This document shows, piece after piece, positions 50,386-64,000 of a DNA stretch of 64,000 nucleotides. The notes below the pieces were generated by a model. That model was not told where the DNA came from. It did no database searches and saw only the letters and a program-made list of their open reading frames with translations. The stretch lies in NCBI RefSeq assembly GCF_009914755.1, contig NC_060947.1; one strand, 5' to 3'. Within the stretch, counting starts at the first letter, position 1. The number at the start of each line of letters is the position of its first letter. The stretch comes from the human T2T-CHM13v2.0 reference genome, Homo sapiens. Made by a program: the position numbers and the translations under genes.

Positions 50386-50789
50386 AATGTTGTAGATAAA
50401 AATAATGCGTGATGGGTTTTCTAACCTCTGAGAAATATTTTGAAGAGGTAATTGATTATTTATTTAACAAGAGTGAAATCCTAAAATCCTAATAATGCTT
50501 TACACATGGCTCTATGTAGTTTTCAAAATAGCTCTACATAAATTATTCTGGTTGATTTTGACAGCTTCCTTGTAATATAGGTATTGGCCAGCTTGGTTTT
50601 ATACAAGAAAGAATTAAAGTTCTAAAATATATTGTGAATAATCACTGTCCTAATAGTTAATTACCAAAAAAAACTAACCAAATCTAGAACCCTGGGCTGC
50701 ATCCTGCAGAATTCTGTACTGTTTTCCCTACCCCTTTGCCTCCCTTGAAACAAGTTCAGAGACAGCAAAACAATCTGAATCAAGAAGAT

Positions 50790-51030
50790 TTTGTTAATCA
50801 CTTAAAATCTAGAATTACTATCATGTAAACGGTCATGATTTGTGAGAGCTTATCATGGACCAGCCTCTCACTGAGTGCTCTGCATGTGTTGTTTGCTACA
50901 CTCTTTATTGTAGCTCCAAGAAAGACTTTGATTATCATCTTTAATTTACATATAAGGAAATTGAGGTTTAAAGAAGTTAAACTTATTTGTCCAGTGTCTT
51001 GTAGCAAATAAACTGAAGACCAAAGAAGTA
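50790..51030 (-). mobile_element. MIR SINE
   Basis: attatcatctttaatttacatataaggaaattgaggtttaaagaagttaaac core. Confidence 0.65.
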
Positions 51031-52423
51031 AACCCATTGTCTGTCTTGAGAGGCCAAGATATGCGGTATTAAATTCACAACTAAAAAATAGACCCCACCT
51101 TTGGGTATTATATCATATTGTTTTCCCCTTAAGGGCAGAAATTTACATACTTTATCTCCAAAGTCCTGTGGCGCTTGGCCTTAGGCACAAAATAGGCTTA
51201 ATGAGAACTTACTGCACAAGAAGGTGCAACTAGTTCAAAAAGGTGGGCCTCTCATATCCCTGCCTTCCCACTGGGCACTGGCAAAGAAGATGAGTGGAAT
51301 ATTTTAGGCAATTGATTAATGGATCAACTCTAACAAGAATGATTCTGCATTCAGTTATCTCTGAGGAAACTGTGAGTATGAAATACTGATCACATGTTAA
51401 ATCGATTTATAATTGTATAAGCTTGTTCATCCACAGGCGAGTCTTGGAGATTCTTGTTTGAGGTACATGAACTAAATACGCTGTTGTCTTTTACCTCGGG
51501 AAGGAGGTGCAAGGCATTATTTTAAAATGTCTGCATTTCAGTTCACTATAGTACCTATGGTGGGTACCTATGTAAGGCCAGTCAGGAAACCGGGGATACT
51601 TCTTTAGCTTTTCAGGAAATCAGGTCTGACATTTGCATTCACACAAATCCATGTATATTCCTGGCTTAAAGCTCCTGTGGAACCAGATAGACAGAAAGTT
51701 AATAGAGGTTAACTGGCAAGGAAAAACTCTGAAAGTCTGAAATAATCTCTGGGTTTCAGGAGAGCATGCCACATGAGTTGAAAACAACACTAATTTATTG
51801 TAGTCTGTTGCATGGAAGCAGGGGGCTCTTGAGTATCAATTAGAAGAAAGTGCTATTAGTTTTATTTACTCAGAGTGATTTTATCCTATCAACAATGAAG
51901 CTTATGGAATAAACACTTTATTTATGTAATGTATACTATTATTAGAAAAACTATTGGTTCATTAGCTCTTCTAAGAGGATGAAAGCTTGGATAGAATTTG
52001 TAATGTATGGTGGCTTTTAGATCCCCAAATGGCAATAGGATTAGTTTACCCTGCAGTGTTATACGTCACCATTACTATTCAGAGGAGACATTCCTATGGT
52101 GGATACTTGACTGGCAACAAGTGAATATGTCAAGTTAATTCCTGGAACAGGATTAATAACCCCACTGGCAACATCTCCCCTTTGTTGTACACTTTGCCGT
52201 GCATTACAGTTTAAGCAAACGCCATTTGAATGCTTTGGATCTTCTGTTTGCTTTAGAATGGTATGGCTCCCTTTGACTTTAGAAATGGTCCTTTCGTTTT
52301 CTTCCTCTGAATGTTGTTGATCATAGTCATCATGTATGTCAGCTCAAAACATGATATCAGGGGCTGTCAAATCCAGTGAAATAGAGTAATGTCTATTAAT
52401 GAAGCTTAAAAATTATTGTAGGT

Positions 52424-52726
<303 letters not shown>

Positions 52727-52749
52727 TTATTGTAATTATTGTAGATTTT

Positions 52750-55030
52750 TTTCCAAGATGGCAGATTAGAGGCATTGCTAGCATACCTCTCACACTTGCA
52801 AGATCAAACTATTAATTATCACTACAATAACTATTGTTATTAGTACAATGCAGAAGTTTACATTGTAAACTTTTTTTCAAGAAGAGAGACAGTAACTGAA
52901 CAGGAAAAGCAAAGGAATCTAGGGATCCTTTGAAGGAAGCAGGAGGCTGCAGCCTACACTGTGAGTCAGGTGAAGGGCTTCAAGTCCATAGAGTGTGAGA
53001 CGGAGAGAGTTTGCCTCTGGGATACACATCCCCACTAGGGACTCTGAAAGTTCAGGCCGGCCCTTACCCCACCCAGTGCAGGAATCAACTTTAGGAGTGC
53101 TGTGGAATATAAAAGTAGGAATAGCAGTGGGAAGACCCTTGCAATCACTCCCAGATCACAGTGCAGAACAAGGGCAGTCATTTCTTACTGCTCCTCACAG
53201 AGGATCCAGCAGAAGACAGCCAAAAAGTTCAGGCAGCATTTGGAAGTTGAAAGAAGCTCTCAGTGAGGTTTCACATTATAACCTCAGGTGGGGACAAATT
53301 CCCTTTTTCAGAGCTAGGGCAGGGGAGAGTGAAAAGAGGGCCATGAGTGCAGGAGTTGCAAGCGCAGGAGCCGTGGGAGAAAGATCCACAGGTACAGGAT
53401 CTGCAGGTGAAAGATCCTGGTACCTGGCTTTACAGCAGCAGGGAGAGGTGTGTCCTGAAAGACACGATTACAATTTTCATGGGCAAAGCTTATGACTCCA
53501 GGCAGTGGTAAGTTCTGATACAGGCTGACTGGAACTCAGCTTGCTGCTGCCAGTGGAACACTGTGGGAATGGATTTACTTTCCCCAGTGTATAGAAACTG
53601 TGAGTTTTACCACCGTCTGCTATTGCCCACTCCCTGCACAAACTCTTCTGTACACCAGAGGCAGCAATGATGCCCCCTGAAACATTAATCCAGTGGCCTG
53701 AGGCCTGCTCCCATCCCCCAACACCAACAGAGGCTGCTGCTTGCCTTGCACAGAGTGCAAACCCACCCGACCCAGCCCCCACCTGGCTTTGCCCCACCAC
53801 CTGCCTGATAGCTCATCATATAGGAGATAATCTCTTGGGAACTAAATGGCCCCACCCATTACCTGAGAAACCAGTGTATCCCCCAGGGGCAACATAAGGC
53901 AGGAAAAAATCCCACTGCTACTACTGCAGCTGGTGCTCTTTTGCAAGTGACACCTCCTGACTTGAGGCCAACCAACACAGTCCATTACAGTATCTCCTGG
54001 TAGAACAACACTGTGCCAGGGAAGGGCAAAACATTTGCAAAAATCTCAGTTATTACCACTGCCTGCACCACTATGGCTAACCTGGAGGTTCTGAGTCTGT
54101 CCACATGACCAGTTCATTACTACCATAACCAGTGTTCAACAACGCCAAAACACTAAGGACAACAATAACCAAGGAATTTCACAGAATCAACATCACTCCC
54201 CTGCCATCCCCAGTTAGAGGTGAGGCTGCTACCCACTGTTGGGAAACATGAGGACAGGTCACATCACCAGATCCCTTGCAGACATTCCTCAACACCAGCC
54301 CGAAGTGTGGCAACGTCACTGGGCAGCTAGACCCAGAGGAACAACATTCACAGTAGTCTGGCTCCAAGGGACTCCCACTCCTAAGGGAAGTGGGAGGGCA
54401 CCGCAGCAAGGGAATACTCCACGGGATGAAAGAATATGGACAGCAGGCCTCAAGTACCAGATCCTTCTACTGGTGGAAAGCTTTCTTCAGCAGAGACACA
54501 GTTGAAGTGCTGGACTCTGCAGGGAAAGTCTTGAGCTCTATCCCAAGAGTCAAACAGTGTTTGTGTGCATGAAGGGTCTTGGAGAAAAGGAAGTGTATCC
54601 TTCTTTTTCCACCACCATAGGCACAGTTGGAGCTTCTCCCATGGGAGCTCAGTGTGGGTGCAACTATAGAGAGTCTTTCTGGAACACATAAGGGTGACTG
54701 CATCTTCTCAGGAAGAGCACCCTCCAGGTTCAGGCTTCCACAAGAGACAGAGTCCTTGTCTATTGGGAACATAAACATTCCAAATTCCTCTCTATTTGGA
54801 ACATAAACATTTGTACAGATGAACAGGTGCCTGTCCAATCTGAAAAGCTGGAGCATGGGACAAGGGTCATGTCTGAAAGGTGGATAACTTCCCTGTTGAC
54901 CTCACAGGGGAGTTGAGGTGGCTCCAATCCTTACCCCTGATAAGTTCTCAGTGTGACTCACTGAGAGCTCCTCCAGCCACCTCTGTCAAGCCGTGGACTT
55001 CACTTACTCGCCTGATTTAGCTACATATGT
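52750..55030 (+). mobile_element. Isolated old L1 5'UTR region (L1PB/L1M1-like)
   Basis: ccaagatggcagattagaggc start; GC-richer body with gcagctggtgctcttttgcaagtgacacctcctg-type motifs; no ORF1 follows. Confidence 0.65.
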
Positions 55031-56308
55031 GTGGTAGTATTAACAATATGTGTAATACAGGTAATGACTTCTGAGACTGAGAATTGGAAAACAGTCCCAA
55101 GGCTCAGAAGGGAATAAGAGTTTTTCCATAAAGAAAAAATAATGAAAGAGATGAACCAATTAGTCCTTACGTGAAAAAGAAAAGAAAAAAAACATGTGAG
55201 TAGTGAGAGAAGGCAACTAATATTTTCCTCTTACTCTTTCCTGAGGGCTCAAGTGTTCATCATGTGTGGGGGCCGTATTTGCCAACTATAATGTGAAGAG
55301 ATTTCACATGTAATTTCAATTAATTCTAACAACAATTATGAACTTATGTCTATTATCATTTGAATTTTATAGATGAGAAAGCTAAGGCATTGAAGCCCAT
55401 ACAGCTAATAAAGGACAGCGCTGGGATGCCAGCTTTCAGAAGCTTTGCGGAGGTTGAACACAGATCAGAGGATATGAGATACTTGTGTTTCTAGGTAAGT
55501 TCTGGGAATGGTGATTCTGAGTCCAGCGTAAGCAAGCGAGACTGCCCCATGAGCTTCAGATGATGTGCTGGAGCTGAGACAAAGAGAAGCCCTATGTCCT
55601 CAGCACTAACAATACAGAGAAGCAGAGGGCTTTTAACACATTGGCATTTGGGCAAGTCAAAGTCACAGGGAGCGTTTTAAATTTCATATATCATTACTAT
55701 CTTCCTACTGGTTACATATTATTATCTGATAATTAAAACATTAAAATGTACCTCTAGTGCTCACTGTGGGTAGTGGCACATCTGATGTGTCAGGATAGGG
55801 AACAACATGAAGAAAACGGAGACACAGAGACAAAAATATTCCTAAAAAGCCTCTAAGTACCATACTGTTTGCACCTTTTATTTCATTTAATGCTCAAAGA
55901 TAAACACTAAAGCTAAAGAAAAAAACACTTATGAAATAATTATTATTAGCATAATTCAGATTTGAGATTTATTTTAACTTATAAAGGTTGAGAAAGTTTC
56001 CCAAAGCTTGTACGTGGCAAAGCCAGAATTACCTTTTGAGAAATAATAATCAAAATAAATGACAGTAAGATTGTATTGATATGAGTGATTATGGATTTTA
56101 TTATTTCCCTTTTCTAAATTTTTAATACTGTGGTTAACTAACATTTACAGTGAAAAAGAGAAAAGCAAATATTAGATGTAGGTCTAAATAGAACGAGCAG
56201 CATTGGCAACAGCCACATCTTAACAAGTTACCAAATTCGTTTCCAGCTATAACTGGAAAGAAGAGATTATCACTCCACAGGAAATGAGTTTGTGAGCACC
56301 TGCTTACT

Positions 56309-56322
56309 GTCGCCATGGCAAT
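56309..56322. promoter_or_regulatory. Candidate RFX X-box
   Basis: gtcgccatggcaat matches the palindrome GTTGCCATGGCAAC at 12 of 14 positions, in apparently non-repeat DNA. Motif match only. Confidence 0.3.
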
Positions 56323-56534
56323 CTGGAGATTTTTGACCTCCCTGAGATGCAGTGCTAAGTAAAATCTACCAAATCTATACTGGAAAAAAAATGTGTTTAA
56401 TTCCTCCCCCTGTAACAGTCTCACAGTCAACAGGCCAGTTCTCCCTGGGAGGCACTTGCCTCACTCTTGATTAAGCTGAGGATGCCGAGAAGAGAAAAGT
56501 AAGACCTACTTTTGATTTACTTGAGCTGGGCAAT

Positions 56535-56765
56535 AATGAAACTCTGGATTTGGGGGCATTGTCTTGGCCTAGCACTGACCAGCTTTGGGACCTTAGACAA
56601 CTTTTCTAACCTGTTGGAACCTCAGTTTCCTCACCTGCTGCATGGGGAAGGTTCCTGTGACAAAGTTGCTGTTGTCTTAAGGACTCAAGGACACATTAGC
56701 ATACATAGTGTTTAGCACTGTGCCAGGCCCTGAGAAAGTGCTTTATAAATGTGGCTGGTCCCATT
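56535..56765 (+). mobile_element. MIR SINE
   Basis: gaccttagacaacttttctaacctgttggaacctcagtttcctcacctg core. Confidence 0.7.
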
Positions 56766-56789
56766 ATGGACTTTCATCATTTCTTCCAC

Positions 56790-57378
56790 TCCTTTGACAA
56801 ACATTGATTGGTTGTCAACTTTATGCTCAGAATGAGTCTAGATACTGGGAATACAACAAAGAATAAAACAGATAAAAATTACAGTGCTTATATGTTGGTG
56901 GAGGATGCACATAATTAATATTTAAAATAATACTATGTGGGTAATATGTTGGGTGGTTGTCAGTTGCTAAATAGAAATAAAAATGAGGAAGGGCAGTATG
57001 AAGTGTCAGTATGGAGACTTAAGTTTTTAGTTTGGGTGGCCAGGGACTTTTGAATCACTGAAAGAAGACTTTTGAGTAAAGGCAGTAAGATAGAGATAAG
57101 GGGTTATGCAGGTATCTGGGAGAAGATCATTTCAGGTAAACAGCAGAAGCAGAGGTCCTGAGTTGGGAACTTGCTCTAGCATGTTCTATGGATAAAAAGG
57201 AAGCTGCCTTGTTGAATTTGCCTAAAGTGGGTAGGGGAGAAATAGGGAGCTCAGTTTAGAGACAAGAATTCAGGAATTGAGACCAGAAACAAACTTGGAC
57301 CAGGGTGATGAAGCTGGAAACGTGGAGATGTGGTTCAATTTTCGATATCTTCTGAAGGTAGAGCTGACAGGATATGTT
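56790..57378 (-). mobile_element. L2 3' region
   Basis: tagatactgggaatacaac...tatctgggagaagatcatttcagg...tgaaggtagagctgacagga. Confidence 0.7.
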
Positions 57379-58184
57379 ATAAAACAGCTTAATTGGGAGA
57401 TATTTAAGAGCAAAGGCTCTGTGCTTGTTTGAATTCAGTACAGGGCCAGAAGTAATGACCCATTCGTGGTAGGCAGTTCTGAGATATTCAGTATTCTGAG
57501 ATGGAATATTCCTTAATATCCCCTAAGTTAAGTCACATGGTTACTACTTGATTTTTCTTTGTAACCATAGAAAAATTCACTGGTTTTCAGGGAAATAAAA
57601 TTCTATCCTTAAACAGTTCTTATCATGAGTGTAACCTGTCTCTCTGTAGCACTAAAAAAAGTAACTACCTGTAGGTCTATTTCAACTTTCCAATCCCAAT
57701 GTCTTTTTGTATTTCTATTCACATATTGAACATAGACTATATCAAACTGATTATCGTTATCTACACATAGAATAATTCTTTAAGACGTCATTCAAAGCAC
57801 CTATACACATGAAGAGGACAGTGTTGAGGACAAGGGCCTGGAGTAATGCTCCCGTGGTGGATTTCTACTGCAGCAAATGCCAACTGAATTTTTAGTATCA
57901 GTTTAGTCAGGATAAATCAACGTGCTACAAAATCACTTAAAAATAGCCAATTGTTTTCCTAGTTTTTTTCATAGGAACATAATATTGCTTTCTACTAGTT
58001 TCTGGAAATCCAGATATATTATGTATTTTGTATTTAATTAGTGATTCTTAAAAACCAAATGAATTTGACTTTTCACAATTTATTAAGTAAACGCACATTA
58101 GTTCCTAGTGATTGGAACTCACATTTTCTTCATCTGAGTGAAAGATTCTTGCAATCGATTAGTGCCAAAACAAGTTTTTCACTA

Positions 58185-60950
<2,766 letters not shown>

Positions 60951-60959
60951 TTGCTTTTC

Positions 60960-61692
60960 TAGTTTTTAATTTTTGTGGGCACATAGCAGGTATATAAATT
61001 TATGGAACATACAAAATGTTTTGATACAGGCATGCAATGTGTCACAATCACATCATAAGAAATGAAGTATCCATCCCCTCAAGTATTTATTCTTTGCATC
61101 ACAAAAATCCAGTTATACTCTTGCTTAAAGTACTCTTTTAGTTCTTTTTAAATGTACAACAGAATTATTATTGCACTTTAATAATTAATTTTTAATTAAA
61201 TAATGAAATTAAATACTTAATTTAATAAATAAATTAAAGTTTATTTTGCTATCCAATACTAAATCTTATTCATTTTATCTAACTATTTTGTTATGTAACC
61301 ATTAAACATCCCCACCTCCCTGCCAGCAACACACTACCCTTCCCAGCCTCTGGTAATTATCCTTCTACTCTCTATGTCCATGAGTTCAGTTGTATTAATT
61401 TTTAGATCCCACAAGTAAGGGAGAACATGCAATGTTTGTCTTTCTGTGCCTGGCTTATTTCATTTAACATAATTACCTCAGGTTGATCCATTTTGATGCA
61501 AATAGGATCTCATTTTGCATGGCCTAATAGTACTTCATTGTGTATGTATACACCACTTTTTAAATCCATTCATCTGTTGATGGACACAGGTTGCTTTCAA
61601 ATCTTAGCTATTGTAAACAGTGCTGCAACAAATATGGGAGTGCAGATATCTCCTGGTTATACTGATTTCCTTTCTTTAGGTATATATTCAGC
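60960..61692 (-). mobile_element. L1MA2/3-like 3' end
   Basis: tttttgtgggcacatagcagg...ttttgatacaggcatgcaatg; an AT-rich expansion at ~61150-61245. Confidence 0.8.
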
Positions 61693-62092
61693 AAATAAAA
61701 GGCAAAATTGCAAAATAAAATGTAAAAGTATTTTAATTTCTTTTCCCCCAGTTTAGAATGAATACACAAATAAATGCACAATTTAAAAAATAATTTTCTG
61801 CCACTGGTATTATAAGAAAAATAAAATTATATTATCAGCATGCTTCAAGTAAAACTATTGAACTTAATTTATGAAGATAGAATCTTAGGAAAGTCAAAAA
61901 TTGCTTTAGCTGATGCAAAATGTTGCCCCAGTGCTGTTAGAAAAAGATTGTATAAGGCTTTCTACCTTGTACTTGCCTTAGTGGAAAGAGGCAAGCTCTC
62001 TTCTGTGTAGGTTCTAGAGCAAATCTGTAGTTCTTAACCTTGGTTTCTCATTGAAATTACAGGTTTAAAAATATTTATCTCAGAGTTGCACC

Positions 62093-62733
62093 CTGCAGTA
62101 GTCAAAACTTTAAGTTGATTCCTGTATTCTTTACCTCTTTGTGTACACAAACTGTAATCATCTATTCTCCTTGAATTTAGGTGAGACCTATGAATATGGT
62201 AGAATGTGACTCTTGTTATTAAGTTACATTACATGGCAAGAGTAAAGATATTTTGTAGATGTAATAAAAGCCCTAGTTAATTTATCTTGTGTTAATAAAT
62301 AAGGAGCTGTCCTTAGTATATCTGATTTAATGAAGTGAGCCTTTTAAAAGAGGTTCTGTAGATCATATACAGAAGAAGTAAGAGTTAAAAGTAGTATATA
62401 TGTTGTCCTTTTGGCCTTGAAGAAACAGACTGCTGTGTTGTGGAACCAGAACCGGGCACAAAGTGGCTAGCCTCTAAGACCTGAGGGTCTCAGTCCAGCA
62501 ACCACCCAGAACTGAATTTGACCAACAACCACTGAGCTTGGAAGAGGACCCTGAAACTCAGATGAGATCAGAGCTCTCTGGCTGGCACATTGACTTCAGC
62601 CTGTTGAGACCTTGACCAGAGAAACCAATTAACCCATGCCCCAATCATGGAAACTGTGATATTACGTATTTATGTTGTTTTTGTGCTCTAAGTTTGTGGT
62701 AATTTGGTATGTAGCAGTCTATAACCAATGCAC
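62093..62733 (+). mobile_element. MLT1D/E-like LTR inserted in a MER5-like element (~62027-62907)
   Basis: ggccttgaagaa, actgaatttgaccaacaacc and ctaagtttgtggtaatttg motifs; MER5-like halves on both sides. Confidence 0.72.
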
Positions 62734-62780
62734 AGTCCCAGACTGATTGAATTGACATGAAATGAGGCGTGAGAATCACA

Positions 62781-62881
62781 TTTTTTTTTTTTTGACTTGG
62801 AGTCTCTCTCTGATGCCCAGGCTGGAGTGCAGTGGTGCAATCTTCGGCTCACTGCAACCTCCACCTCCAGGGTTCAAGCAA
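62781..62881 (-). mobile_element. 5'-truncated Alu (~100 bp)
   Basis: gcccaggctggagtgcagtggtgcaatc; TSD gagaat(c/a)acattttt. Confidence 0.88.
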
Positions 62882-62908
62882 GAGAATAACATTTTTAAAA
62901 AGTTCTAA

Positions 62909-63003
62909 ATAGTCTAGGCCAGTGGCCTGGACCTTGGCTGCATATTAGAATAAATACAGAATAAATGCAGCCAAGGTCAAGACAGACCACTAGCCTAGAC
63001 TAT
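62909..63003. repeat. Imperfect inverted repeat (~35/39-bp arms)
   Basis: atagtctaggccagtggcctggaccttggctgcat versus atgcagccaaggtcaagacagaccactagcctagactat. Confidence 0.88.
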
Positions 63004-63076
63004 TTATATACACTTCCCATTTAAATCATGGAAAAGAGATATTTTTTTCATATCATGCTCTATACAGCTTAAATTT

Positions 63077-63161
63077 TTAGATTTTTAATTATAAATTGAT
63101 CATTTATAATTGTATCAGTTTATGGGATATAAAGTGATGCTATGATTTATGAATAAAATGA
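63077..63161 (-). mobile_element. ~85-bp L1MA 3'-terminal insertion
   Basis: tttataattgtatcagtttatgggatataaagtgatg, flanked by the exact repeat agcttaaattt (63066-63076, 63162-63172). Confidence 0.7.
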
Positions 63162-63694
63162 AGCTTAAATTTATAAATAAACTCTGCCTTATGGTAGAAT
63201 TGCCATCACTGTAGTTAATCATTTCAAATAGCAATTTTTAAATATCTCTTTGATTTTTGACAGATAGAATGATACTTTAGGCATCAGAATTATCTTAAGA
63301 AAATATATAATAAATATATACATGTGTCAGCAATTATTTTCCAGCATTGAATGAGAGAAAGTCAAGAGACCTCAGCTGGATTTTTTATGCTTACATAGTA
63401 GAAAAAAATATAATGGGCCTCTTTCACGAACAGAATAGCAACATCACTGCTAGCTGCTTATAAAACAACTTTTAAAAATTTATTTCCAACTTTCAAATAA
63501 ACTAAGTGAGAATTGAGTTTTTGTATTCAAATATAAAATTGTAAAACATGATTCATCCTAAATTGCAAATTTGTTCTTGTGACAGTCTTCCATGGAAATT
63601 CAGCAACAGAATATCTTACTTCTCCATGACCATTACAGTTCTTAAATTATATCTTTAACTGGGCTGTAACATCACTCCTCCAAATAACATAGAA

Positions 63695-63880
63695 CAGTGA
63701 TTCTCAGTTTGTTTCTGAGATCAGCAATATCAGTATCACTTAGGAACTTGTCAGAAATGCAGATTGTGCAGCTCTATCCTAACTCTATTGAATCATAAAC
63801 TCTGGGGATAGAATAGGCCAAAATATGTTATTACAAGGCCTCCAGGTAATTCTGATGCATGTAAAAGTTGAGAAATATTA
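63695..63880. mobile_element. MER5A hAT-Charlie MITE
   Basis: cagtgattctca...ggaacttgtcagaaatgcag...ctccaggtaattctgatgca...ttgagaa. Confidence 0.8.
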
Positions 63881-64000
63881 ACATATAACAAACAGGTTGA
63901 CATATGTTTACACTCACACCCTAGAAAACTTTTTGCCTTGGCGAGGGTCTAAATACAAATCTGGAAATTAGTCTATCTACTGCTGTTTCTAAACCAGAGT

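Noticed and set aside
54759-54811. 21-bp near-tandem duplication
   Set aside because: Ordinary local microduplication within an L1 fossil; not CRISPR-like (two copies only, eukaryotic DNA).
52995-54856. ORFs of 76-166 aa
   Set aside because: Inside an old L1 5'UTR; mostly non-ATG starts and no homology I recognise.

Overview
This is AT-rich primate (probably human or great-ape) genomic DNA with no CpG island and no host protein-coding gene I can recognise. It reads like a gene desert or a long intron. Well over half of the window is interspersed repeats: L1 (one young L1PA2-type copy with an uninterrupted 712-codon ORF2 fragment, plus older L1PA/PB/MA/MB/MC pieces), Alus, ERV1 and MaLR LTRs, L2, MIR and hAT-family DNA transposon fossils. 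Nearly all ORFs in the supplied track are repeat-derived or chance. I found no convincing new biological system. The most unusual items are a 121-bp near-perfect hairpin with an AP-1 site in its loop (15426-15546), a second fold-back (62909-63003), a ~59-bp dispersed duplication (3758-3815 / 8139-8197), a candidate open in-frame minus-strand exon whose donor is part of a palindromic two-strand donor (9851-10135), and a tail-to-tail fusion of two 5'-UTR-bearing L1s. Repeat subfamily names come from recalled consensus sequences, and boundaries of old repeats are approximate.
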